This document shows, piece after piece, positions 26,361 to 38,610 of a DNA stretch of 64,000 bases. Position 1 is the first letter of the stretch; every line of letters begins with the position of its first letter. Made by a program: the position numbers and the translations under genes. This stretch comes from Octopus bimaculoides (taxonomy: Eukaryota): contig NC_068982.1 in assembly GCF_001194135.2 (NCBI RefSeq), positions 161,976,383 to 162,040,382 of the forward strand, in the 5' to 3' direction. Under the pieces are notes generated by a model that saw nothing but the letters and a program-made list of their open reading frames with translations, did no database searches and was not told the DNA's origin.

Positions 26361-26536
26361 GCAGAAATAGTATAGAAATGTGTGTGTGTGTATGCATGTT
26401 TTTGGCTCTTAGTCATGCTACTGTAAACAAACCTCACTGTCCTGCAAGCAGAAATAGTATAGAAATGTGTGTGTGTATGCGTGTTTTTGGCTCTTAGTCA
26501 TGCTACTGTAAACAAACCTCACTGTCCTGCAAGCAG
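26361..26536. repeat. Tandem duplication, 87 + 85 bp
   Basis: gcagaaatagtatagaaatg(tg)n...cactgtcctgcaa x2; differs by one TG unit and one substitution. Confidence 0.95.
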
Positions 26537-27753
26537 TGTTGTTTGTTTGCAATCTTCTATGAAAACATATGGGTCTAACAGAATGAATCCTTAGGTAGTT
26601 GATCAATCTGTTTCTCAATTGAACATCACCATCATGTGGGTATAGCTGAGTCTGTTCTGTTGTAAGCACCTGGGCCAGGCTTCCAGTGTTTAATACCTCC
26701 CTCCCTGTCACCATCATGAGCCCTGTAAAAGACAATGAGCACTGCCTTTCCTCCTAAGTAAATCATTAAAAATAAGAAAAGAAAAAAGTCAGAATCTTCA
26801 TCATTGACAACAGTCAAACTCTTCTATTTATACTGGAATATTCTTTTAGTCTGAATGGTGGTAGAAGTGGTGGGACTGATATAAATATTTGAGCCATGGC
26901 TTTGCTAGGTTCAGATGTTAGGAGCAACAGAACAAACATGTAATGAATGGCATCTACAAATATTAAATTATCCACTTTTGAAGATAGCGTCAAGATGTCT
27001 GAAAAATGTTCCTTTTTCTCAGTTCCTTCTGGAAGGGCAATCAGTTCCTGTCTGATTTTCTATACTTCCCTGCTGTGCTCATTAACCATCCTCAATGAAG
27101 TGGCTTTGTTCTTGTTGCGGTTGTGTTGTTGTTACTACATTTCAACTAGTTTACATGCCCTCACAGAAAATTACAGAATTAAGTTCCTTCCTCTTCTATT
27201 TTTTGCCACATATACAGCTTCCTAATAATGACCTAAAGATACAGCCTTTATTCTGCCACCTGTCCAAACATTTTTTTTTTTTTTCATTTCAGCATATAGG
27301 AAATTTCACTACATTAACTGTTCAGGCATTTTGTCATTGCTTACAGCTGACTACGTTCAAGTATATGCATGCACACACACACACACACACAACATAATCA
27401 TCTTTATTTTATATCTATATGTATGTGTGTGTGTGTGTGTGTGTGTAATTAAATCATTCAGCCAAACATTAATGCTGAACAGTTAAGAAGTTTGCTTTGC
27501 AATAATAAAGTTTCGGGTTCAATCCCACTCCATGGATTTTGAGCAAGTGTCATTTACTGTAGCCTCAGTTCAACTAAAGTTTTGTAGTACATGAAATTGG
27601 TTCAGTACAAAATATTTAGAACTCTATTGGTTGGATTGTATTTTAATTCAAGGGTATTGAACTGATTCTGTGGAATACTTATTAGCTGACAGATTGAATA
27701 CAGAGTTTAGTTGATCAAGTAACTGAATACTCATCATTGAAATCAACAACAGA

Positions 27754-27791
<38 letters not shown>

Positions 27792-28599
27792 CGCGCGTGT
27801 GCGTTATGCTGCTCATCAAGCATGGTAGTTTTCATATTTATTGAGAATGAAACAAAAATGTCTTACTGCCACTTAGTTAGATACACATTCACTTTATTTG
27901 TTATTTAATAACCTCCTACTTCAACACTGTCTCTGCTAATTATTTTATATAGTTATTTTAATATTTACAAAATTAAACTTGGCCACTCTTCTATCACAAG
28001 AATGTTGTGAAGGCCTTAAGAGTTGGTGTGAAATGGATGCAATTTTAAGTTGAGTTTAGAGAAAGAAATTGGAGATAAAGGAAGTGGAGTTTGTGAATGA
28101 GTGATAGTGGTAGGTAATGAAACAACAGCCACTATATAGCCATTCAACTTAGTAGCCCTGTGTGTATTTGTGTACATATATGTATATGTGTCTGCATGTA
28201 TATCTATACATTTGTGCATGTCTTTGTGCAGAAACACACATGTACATATGTTCACACACATATGCTATAATACACAGAGCAATAAACAAATACAGAATGT
28301 GAGCATATGAGCCAATGATGGGCCACTAAGAGGAAAGCTCTTCTATCTAAAAAGTGAGTGCAGTTCTACTCTTACTTCACTCACTCATATCCATTTCACA
28401 CATGAGAGCTTCTTGGAAAACACACAAGGATCTCTCACAAAATCCTGTGGCAGTTAAGAGTAATGGAACATAACACGCTTGAGCAGCTCGAAGTATGTAA
28501 TTTCCAACCTCTATGTAGGTAGCTTGCGATATTAGTCACTTCTTTTCCAAACGAAAGTAAAAGAGAGACTCAGTAACACTATGAATAACAGAAAGGATT

Positions 28600-28800
28600 G
28601 AGAAAAGTTGGTTCAAACAAAGCTTGCCTAATTCTGTAACTGGTCAGCAACCTTTGCAGTTGTCCCCTATCTTTGTAATCCATAGTGACATCCAGGAAAT
28701 TTACAACTTTCCAAGAAGTTATCGTAGTTAGACGCAAGTTGACTTCCATCATGCATACCTGCCTGCCCCCTTTCTCTCTCTCTCTAATATCCTGCACTCC
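28600..28800 (-). mobile_element. Penelope-like element RT fragment
   Basis: NLRLTTITSWKVVNFLDVTMD matches the PLE ...VNFLDVTL motif. Confidence 0.55.
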
Positions 28801-30106
28801 ATGGTGAAGATTCAGGGAATTAATGCTTCAGTGAATCAACAATTGCATGGGATAAAATCATGTATAAGTATGTAGGCACTGTCCAAAGAAACTGTGAAGT
28901 AGCATTGCAAGTGTTTCAACAAACTAGAATGACCTGGTGTACTATCACAGATTAATACCAAAAAATAGAAATCTTATTATTCTTTGTAGGTGGCAGAATC
29001 ATAGCATGCCAGACAAAATGCTTAACAGCATTTTTTACAGCTTCATGTTCCTAGTTCAAATGCTGTTGAGGTTGACTTTGCCTTTCATCCTTTCATAAAA
29101 TAAGTACCAGGGTCCTAAAATTACTGGCCTTGTGCTGAAATTTGAAACTAGTTTTCTTCCTAGAAACTTGTGTGCTCCACATTTGTGCAATGATAGAAGG
29201 CTGGGGCATCCATTGCCCTTGTATTGTATGCTAGAGTTTCAGACTAACCATCACCCAGAATTTTTTTTTCCTAATTTTTTTTCATATTTGTGATTTAAGC
29301 GTCAGAGATGGAGATCATGATTATAGAGAAACAGAAAAGTTCAATTCTTCCATTTTGTCTGTTTTGAAGTGTACAATTTGTGTCTTTTTATAAATTTTCA
29401 AATTAGTTTTGAAATGTTTTTCTCTTTATTGGCCATTGCTATCAATGATTTTTCTACATTATTTCATTTTTGGAAAAGTTGCTTGTCATTAAAGGTCTCT
29501 TCTGAATGGGGGTATGAGACATTTTGGTATAGCCATTTTGGTACTGCCTATTTGGCATTGCTGACTTTGGTATTCATTGCTGACTTTGGCATTCAGTACT
29601 GACTTATTTGACATCAGGTGTTTTAATCTTCCAATTCTCCCAGCCCTGTCACTCTCTTTGTTTATATCTAGGAATATCTAGTTACGTTTGTATAACACAT
29701 CTGACTATGGATCAGAAGATTTCAGGTTTGTATCCTGGCAAGCTTGTATACCTGTCTCCCATGATTGTGCTGCGTGAAAAGCATCTGTGTTGCTGTCATG
29801 TAAAAATTACCCCAGCCAGTTCCATATAGAAAGCACCCATGCTGGTGCCACATAAAAAGTACCCAGTACGCTCTGTAAAGTGGTCGGTATTAGGAAGGGC
29901 ATCCAGCCATAGAAACTATGTCAAAACAGACAGATGAAGCTGATGCAGCTCCTGTCAAACCCATGCCAGCATGGAAAACAGATGTTAAATGATAATGATG
30001 ATGATTTTCGAAATTATAGAGTTACATAGCAGATTATAAGTCTAGAAAAAAATTATTAAATATTTTGGTTTTGGGTTTAGAGTTGTGATTAGGGCATAGA
30101 ATTAAA

Positions 30107-30542
30107 CTCTTTTACTTGTTCCAGTCATTTGACTGCGGCCATACTGGAGCACTACCTTTAGTCGAGCAAATTGACCCCAGGACTTATTCTTTGTAAGCCT
30201 AGTGCTTATTCTATCGGTCTCTTTTGCCAAACCGCTAAGTTACCGGGACATAAACACACCACCATCAGTTGTCAAGCGATATTGGGGGGGGGGTGCAAAT
30301 ACAGACACACAAACATATACACACACAGACATATACACACACACACCTATACACACACACCCCTATATACATATATACGACGGGCTTCTTTCAGTTTCTG
30401 TCTACCAAATCCACTCACAAGGCTTTGGTTGGCCTGAGGCTATAATACAAGACACTTGCCCAAGGTGCCATGCAGTGGGACTGAACCTGGAACCATGTGG
30501 TTGGTAAGCAAGCTACTTACCACACAGCCACTCCTGCGCCTA
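30107..30542 (-). mobile_element. Full-length tRNA-derived CORE-like SINE with internal (TG/TA)n tract
   Basis: Minus strand: A/B-box head aggcgcaggagtggctgtgtggtaag...ggttcagtccc, CORE-like gcaccttgggcaagtgtctt, tail acaagtaaaagag. Other copies at about 1975-2150, 6890-7010, 8750-9060, 27470-27750, 35170-35540 and 60170-60470. Confidence 0.85.
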
Positions 30543-33120
30543 TTATGGTTAGGATTTAAGCTTAAGATTTAGTTATGGTTAAAAAGAGAAAAGAAGATTT
30601 TTTAAATTCCATTCAATTCACATGCACGCTCACACACACACAGTTGTATTTTCCTGTGGTTGAAACAGAAATCCAAAGTAATAATGATGAAAAAGATGTA
30701 GATGTTACTTAGTCTGAAACTTCTTTGTTTATCAAAAAACATTGTATGGCACTAATATTAACTTGTACAACACTAAGTATTTTAGCTAGTCATATATAAT
30801 GCACTCAACATCTATTTATCTAGATTTGTTTTCGTAAAACTAAGATTATCAATGCATCATTAATGTTGCACCTAAATCAGTAACAACAATAATAATAATA
30901 ATAATAATCCTTGTGACATACTTTTATAGATATACATTTATTAACTATCTCTAATACCCTACAGATGAAAGGCCACTCTTTCTTAGTGAATTCTCCCCTA
31001 TCATAGATAAATTATATTATTTCTTATATTTTAGTACTTATAGTTAGTTATTAACCCATTCTAGTTATTTTAATTTCCTGGATAATCCTCTCTCTTTCTC
31101 TCTGTTTCTTTCTTTCTCCATCTCCCCTTAAAAATTAATATTTAGTACGCAAGTTCAATATAAGTTTTCTTGTATTTTCTTAAGTGTTGCCAACAAGACA
31201 TTTCATTCTTTCTTTCCTACTGTGCAATCTGTTTTACTGTAAACTACATATTTATGCGAAGCTGTTAGTTTCATCACCATGCAGTATCTTTACAACTTGA
31301 TACCATTGTAAAGGTTATTTATTTATCTACATCTATTTTCATTTCTGTTAGTTGGTATAGACACATGCATACACCTAGACAAAAGATGAAGTGCTAACCT
31401 ATATTGTGTTCAGATCAACAACAGAACACTATTCAACTGCATTAATTATATTACGATGAAATATTTTAAGTTATTCTCATCAAAGCTATACATAAAATAT
31501 AGCAAGCTCAATATAGAATTATTATATCATGTCTTTAGTGTTTTCAAACACTACATACAGAAACAGTTTGTTACTATTTTTAAGGAATGAGCTTTGTGGA
31601 ATTTTCTAAAGAAATGTGTAGCTATTTTTAAGGAATTAGCTTGTGGAGGTTTCTACAAATTACTAAAACACAATATTATTCTATAAGAAACCTGTTTGTG
31701 TCATTAAACTCTGAAGTCCTATTTATATGGAACTACTTATTGGAGAAATCAAATGAGTCATAACCATGTCTTTGTAAAACAAGCTAGTGAGAAATTAATA
31801 TGCCATATATCATCAAGTTACATTTTAGTTCAGCACTGATTCAACTAGTGGGAAGAAACTTGTGGGTGTTAATCAAGGGTTTTTTCAAATTGTACCAATG
31901 TCTTAATTCTATTGTTAATTTGTCAGTATATGAATGAAACACACTATTCTCTAACTTAAATTCAATTCTGTCAAGTTATTTACAATTTCTCCCACTTAAC
32001 CATTTCCGAGTCTTTCCTTGTCTTGTTTTACTGATTTCAAAATACCCAATATTTAAAAAGCATAAAAATGAAAATATTTAGAAAATTTAAGCATTTATTG
32101 GCAGGATTCTTCCGGCTCTTTATGTTGAGTTCAAATGCTTCTTAAGGTTTTGTCTTTCACTCTTCTAAGGTCAATAAAATAAAGTACCATCAACCCACTG
32201 GTGTTAATGATATTGACTAACTCTCTCCTTCAAAATTTTGGATTTCATGCCTAAATTTCAAGCAATCTAAGAAGCAGAGAGGGTACTAGAGTAGTACAGT
32301 TGGTAAAATGCCTTTAGTCTTTTGTTGCATTCTGAGTTTAAATCTACTGGGGTCAGATTTTCCTTGTCGTCCCTCTTGGGTAAATAAATAAGTACTGGTC
32401 AAATACTATGGTCCTGTGCCAGGTCACTTATCTACCATTATTAAATTTTATTATTACTGTTAAGAATGAGTTGATAATGATGGAGCATTTTTATATTCCA
32501 ATCTTATAAAAATTGAAGAAAAATCTGTTTTTGATCTAAAGATATATATATTATTCTTTAAATTGGATGAAGGCGTTGGCATATTTATTATTATTATTGT
32601 ATCTTTTGCTGATGTTCTTACACTAATGCCACTTTTCTTGATCCATAATCGTATGAAACAGTCATTAAGCCGGATTAGAAAGCTGTTTTTTTTTCTTTCT
32701 ATAGATTAACTCTTCAAATAGTACTAAAGGTGAACTAAACATATGTACTGTATACTATAATGAACAATTCATTTGCTGTGGCTCTGCTACTTCTACAAAA
32801 GCTCACTGGAGAAAGAATGATATTATTAGAGATACTTTGACCAATATCACTGGGATTCCATTATAGTTCATGGTTTATTACTTTTTAATACTTATGGAAT
32901 GTAACAGAAGGCATTGATCACACTTTGTACTCACCACCATCATCACCATCACCATTATCATCATCATCATCATCATCGCCATTATCATTATTTGAATGAA
33001 TTTCTTGTGTAGTTGTTTTATATTTTTTCTAGATTTTCTAACAAGGTGTGTGTACTGCCACAACTACCAGGGACAATGTTATGAGATATTCATACCTAGA
33101 ACCCACACTTAAGTGCTCTC

Positions 33121-33165
<45 letters not shown>

Positions 33166-33175
33166 NNNNNNNNNN

Positions 33176-33216
<41 letters not shown>

Positions 33217-35345
33217 CACACACCCACATGATTTGTATATCTATATGAAAAATGTAATCTCCTCTAATTATGTTGCTTGTGTGTATGTATTTGTTGTTTA
33301 ACCGTGAATGATGGATAAACTACAAAAAATAAATACACAGTGTAAAATTTAGTGCTCTTCTCTTTGTATACTTATCTTCTGTGTGTATGTTTGTGTTTAA
33401 CATATGTAGATACAAGATAATTTACTAATACTAGGTAAATATTTCCAATTGTATTATTCTGCTTTTGATACTTTCTTGATCCCCTGTACTCCATAATCTG
33501 ATATATTTGTAGTGCTTCAATTTCTATCAAGGTGAACCCTCTAACTCTCTTCTGATCCTTTCACCTGCCATTCACCTATGTTTGTGTGTCTAAATAAATA
33601 CATACAGGTGCAGGTGTGTGTGCATGCTCACACACACACATACACTGAACTACTTGAAATTGGATATAGATTGTCAAAATATTGTGTATTTATTAAGCTG
33701 AAAGTTCATATTTATAACTCTGAGATTTATGTCTCTGATTGTCAAACAGAATGTGTGTGTGTGTGTGCGAACATTCCTTTGTCTCCTACATCATCAAATC
33801 ACTCAGTGTGGGTGTGGCAGTTACTGTCTATAGTACTTATCTCTGATGGTGTATATCTCAGTAGCAAAGTGCTTGGAGTTTATGTTAATGATGATGCTGC
33901 TGCTGCTATTTTTGTGTGGCTTTATTTTGTTGTATGTTTGTTTGGGATTGAGATGGAGGTATAGTGTTCTTAATATTGAGTGAGTTCTTATCCACCTGGC
34001 ATCAACTTCACATATTTCTTCCCGCTGTAGCTGATATTTAAAATAACTAGTTGAGTATTGTTGCCCCCAAATTTGTTGTTTGTGCCTAAGACAGAACTTG
34101 TTCTGTGTTGAAATCCTGCTGACGTTAGGTTTGCTTTTCACCCTTCTAATGTCAATAAAAAAAGAACCGGTCAGCTACAGAGTAGATTTAATCAGCTGTC
34201 CCCACTTGCAGTGTATGACCTTGGGACACTATTAAATAAAAATCATTATGAGTGGCAGAGAAGAGCAAAGTATTGGAGTAAAAGTGTAGTTTTTAGTTAT
34301 AGTTCAGACACTCTGGCATTTTATTATGCTCGTTTAGATTCTGAGGTCAAATCCTGCTGAGGGTCAGTTTTCTTTGTAATCAATAAAATATATGCAAATG
34401 AAGTAATGGATCTGATGTAATTTGTTATAGATTTCTCACAAACTTTTGGTCCTGTACCATCACAAGAAATATTTTCATCATAATCATTTTAAATGACTTG
34501 TTTTACAAATCCTTACTTATGAAAGAAATCCTTATTATTAAGAGTGAGGGACTGATAGATTCAACAGAGTGCCAAGTACATCAGTTTTGCATAGTTGTGT
34601 GATTTATGTTATTTTCTTGGGTGGTGCTTATGCTTTTTGTGTGCTGTGTGATTGATGTTGTGTTTTAGTGTTGGACAGTGTTTTAGTGTTGGAGTATGTG
34701 CTTTGTGAGATGTGTTATATTATTGGATAGCAACTGAGTTTTTGGTTTTATAGTGTCAAATATTGATTATGTAAAATTAAATATTGTGTTATTGTACTAA
34801 GTAGTGATTGTGTAGATTATGTATTGCATGCAGAGAATATAGTATTTGAATTGTGGTATTGAATTAAAAGTCTCTTGTACATGGTGTGTGGTTTGTGCCT
34901 GTAGGGCTCTCAATTTGACTGTGAACCCTGGTATAGTTTATATATATCATATTGCTTCAATTATTACTGGTTACTTTCTTTCACCCTGCTTATTTCAGTT
35001 TCCAGATCCTTGTGCTGTGACATTTTATCTCCCTCTCTTAGGCAATGTTTTAGCATGACACTAAAGATATCTGTTAGAGTACAGACATTTACTTTTCAGT
35101 TCATGTTTATTTTATTTGGACAGTTTGCCTTGGATCTCTTTGTTAATCTGGATAGGCATGTCGGCAATTTTTAACTTTTATTTGTTTCAGTCACTAGACT
35201 GTATGAGGGCACCACCTTAAAGAACTTTAAGTGAAATGAACCAGCCCCCAGCATTTTTTTTTAAAGCCTGGTACTTATTTTACTGGTCACTTTTGCTGGG
35301 GATGTAAACACCAACACTTGTTATCAAGTGGTGGTGGGACACAGG

Positions 35346-35376
<31 letters not shown>

Positions 35377-35559
35377 ACATGATGGGATTCTTTCAGTTTC
35401 CATTCACCAAATCCACTTACAAGGCTTTTGTCAGGTCAAGGCTATAGTAGAAGACACTTTCCCAAGGTGCCATGCAATGGGGCTGAGCCTGGAACCATGT
35501 GGTTGTGAAGCAAACTTCTTACCACACAGTCACAGTCATGCTGCAACCATGTTCAAGAT

Positions 35560-36210
35560 AATTGTGTTCAAGTTGTTATTACATACTGTTTCTGGTATAT
35601 GTTTATGCATGCCAATTCCTCTCCAGTTTAATGTCAAAATACCAATATATTTATTGCCCAGTGGTCATAATATGCTGACTTGATTATGTCTCTGAATATA
35701 TTTGAACTTGACAAAAACTGGGCAACTGGAGACAGTATGCTCATAACACTGATTGCATAATCTACACCTATTGATAGTGTCTGTTTTCATTGGTTGAATT
35801 TTGTAGTAATCTGAAATTAAGTATTGGTTCTGTGTGGCTAAACACAAGCTTTTTGTTTCTGCTTTTAACCCAAAGCCTTTGTACCAATTTTTGGATCTGG
35901 CTTACTTTCTCTCTGTCAAGTTTTGCTGACATTATCACTATCATTAGTTGCCTATTCGTACCCATGACAAAGTTAGGGCTTTCATTTGTTGGTTATTGCC
36001 CATGAAATGGTTTATCTCTCTTAATGTTTGTTTCTTTCCTGCAGTATATTGTTTTGAATTCCATTGTGATTTTTTCTCTTTTGGGTCTTTTTTAATGTTC
36101 TTTGTTTGTGTTTATCTAAATCTTTAGTGCATTTTATTGTTTGTATTTCATGGTTTCCTTATACAGAGAGAAAAACTTTTTGATCCTGTAAATGTTTTTC
36201 TTTGCAGACT
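35560..36210 (-). mobile_element. Dong/R4-clade retrotransposon fragment (zinc-knuckle region)
   Basis: KPFHGQ...KLDREKV...RCRLCNQCYEHTVSSCPVFVKFKYIQRHNQV. Confidence 0.65.
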
Positions 36211-36399
36211 CATAATAGCATCTGAGAAAATGCCTTGAGGTATTTGTTCTGGCTCTTTATGCTTTGAGTCGAATACCATTGAGGTTAACTTTGCCTGAAA
36301 ATTCCAGACATTGTGCCTATATTAGAAACAGTTATTGTAACAGAATTCCATGTTGATTGTACTGAAAAAGTGATATCTTGAAATTTAGTGTCAACAACA

Positions 36400-37500
36400 A
36401 CTCCCTTCAAATCTAACAAACTTTACACAAGATTCTTATGTAATAGATGACTGTTTCCAGTAATTCTGCTATTTGGGTGTCAGGAGTCTCAGTTCCAGTG
36501 TTTCCTATTTTCAGCAACAGCTACTTTGGTGTTTCCTAGTGTAACTAATGATCACAGGGACAACTTTCACTCTCATCTCATTGGGTAGGTTTTCTTAGTT
36601 TTCTTCACCAACCCAAGATACTTTCCAATCTTCTTCCTTTTGTTTTTGCTTTTCCCACGATTTTTGGATGCTTTTACTGATCCACCAAGTGCAATCTTTT
36701 ATTAGAAAGATTGTTTTTTTTTTTATTTCCTTTCTCCACATTCTGTTTATCTTCATGTCCAAATCTTTATATCTGGATAATTTCTCCATTTCTTTTAATG
36801 GCACATTATTGTTTGTTTTATACATCAGTTAGGAAGCACCTGCTTTCCTTGTTGTTCTTCTCAACAACATTCAGCTGGTTAGCTATGACCTCCTTTTGTC
36901 TGGATTGACTTCAGTGTGGTCATTTTGTTGTTCTCTCATATCTTTTATTGTGTCTGTTTACACTATCTATTTTCTCTTTGTATTTCATCATGCTTCTATA
37001 ACTTCCAGTATATGAAACCCCTCACTTTGAATAGGCAGCTAATGATAATAACATGTATTTGCTTTATTGTATACTTTTGTAGATTCTGGTGGGAAGCCTT
37101 TGATTTTGTATCTCAGTCAAGAATTCTTCAGTCTCAGCTTTAAGTCCTTGAATTAGCCATTTAGAAACTTTATTGACATTTTAGTATGTCATACTGTGAT
37201 TACATTTTTCACTTAGATTTGATGGTTGCTTGTTCTTCTGTTGTAGTTGTATCTGAGTCTAGTCTGGTTCAACATGTTGATTAAAGTTGCTAGAGTCAGA
37301 TAGAAAAGGAGTGGAGAGAAATTTCCCTTGGAATATTCTTCTTTTAATGGGGATGAGATTTGCTTTTATGATTCCCTCTTCTATCTATGTCTGCAGAATT
37401 GCTTGCTTTTTACTTGGTACTAGTTTAATCATGGCTCATTTTTCAGGATCCATATCTACAGAATGTTATCAAAGGCCTTCTGGTAGTTAACGTATGTCAT
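36400..37500 (-). mobile_element. Internally deleted Dong/R4-clade retrotransposon (RT motifs to REL endonuclease)
   Basis: YVNYQKAFDN; RIFQG; KWLIQGLKAETEEF; NNVPLKEMEKLSRYKDL; VKVVPVII. Confidence 0.7.
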
Positions 37501-37957
37501 ACACAAACACATCTTTTCCTTTTATTGCAGTCTTTAGTTATGGCTTTGCTGATAAGTAGTTAATTTTTATAATTATATGAGCTACTATCTACCTCCTCCT
37601 CCTTGGCAGTGAACTGCCAGAATCATTACAGTATTTTTAATTCTTTATTTTCTGAGTTCAAATCTATTGAGCTCTTCTTTGCCTTTCTTCTCTGGAATTA
37701 AAATAAAGTACCAACCAAGTATTGGAGCTGATAGTATAGACTTTCTCCTTCTCAAAATTACTGACCTAGTACCTACATTAGAAACTGTTATTACTTTCAT
37801 TGTTGTTTTGTTTTATGCAAGCTGTTCAAACTCTCACCCAGAGACTTCATGTAACAAACAGCAAGTTGGATGTTTTGCTGTGGATATTAAGGGTAGCAGT
37901 GATATATTATAGGGAAAGGAGATCAAATATTTAGAATTATTATTATTATTGCTAGAG

Positions 37958-38167
37958 AAGCGAGCTGGTAGAATTGTTAGCATGCTGGGCAAAATGCTTA
38001 GCAGTATTTCGTCTGTCTTCACGTTCTGAGTTCAAACACTGCCAAGGTCAACTTTGCCTTTCATCCTTTCGGGGTCGATAAATTAAGTACCAGTTATGCA
38101 CTGGGGTGGATGTAATCGATTTAATCCCTTCCCCCAAATTTGAGGCTTTGTGCTTCCAGTAGCAAGG

Positions 38168-38209
<42 letters not shown>

Positions 38210-38452
38210 GCTAGAGCGGTGAGCAGGCAGAATCATTAGCATGTTGGATTAAATGCTTTGCAGTATTTTGCCTGTTGCTATGTTCTGAGTTCAAATTCCA
38301 CCAAGGTCGACTTGGCTTTTCATCCTTTCGGGGTCGTAAATTAAGTACCAGTGAAGCACTGGGGTCGATGTAATCAACTAGTCCCCTCCCCAAAATTTCA
38401 GGCTTTGTGCGTATAGTAGACAGGATTATTATTATTATTGTTATTATTATTT
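37958..38452 (+). mobile_element. Tandem pair of tRNA-derived SINEs with (ATT)n tails
   Basis: Two copies of about 240 bp (gagctgg.agaa..gttagca...gttctgagttcaaa...catcctttcggggtcg...). Degenerate copies at about 1420-1630, 28990-29160, 32080-32420, 34240-34460, 37610-37790, 48170-48320 and 56780-57000. Confidence 0.9.
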
Positions 38453-38494
38453 GAAATGATTCTTATTATGCCTTTTTTTTTTGTTTGTTATTAG

Positions 38495-38610
38495 GTGTTC
38501 TACAACAACTTAATGAAAGTCGTGCACAGTTGGAGGAACTATGGGCCACCCGCAAACGGAAATTGGATCTGTGCTTAAAATTACGTCTTTTTGAAAGGGA
38601 TGCATTAGAG
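38495..38610 (+). CDS. TRIO: Trio exon, spectrin repeat (phase 1 to 0)
   Basis: ttag|GT...GAG|gtaaag; VLQQLNESRAQLEELWATRKRKLDLCLKLRLFERDALE. Confidence 0.95.

Noticed and set aside
27293-27360. 68-nt acceptor-donor segment
   Set aside because: Not frame-symmetric, no homology, weak donor next to a microsatellite
30460-30542. tRNA genes at SINE heads (also 37958 and 62700)
   Set aside because: A and B boxes are present, but there is no complete cloverleaf and the sequences continue into SINE bodies
33578-34141. Overlapping 128-aa and 106-aa ORFs; possible internal promoter (TGACGT at about 34120)
   Set aside because: ORFs are low-complexity with no homology, there is no phase-1 donor linking to exon 38495, and a single short motif is insufficient
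35560-36910. Apparent circular permutation of one Dong/R4 element
   Set aside because: The upstream copy (36400-37500) carries its own RT and knuckle regions, so these are two separate copies
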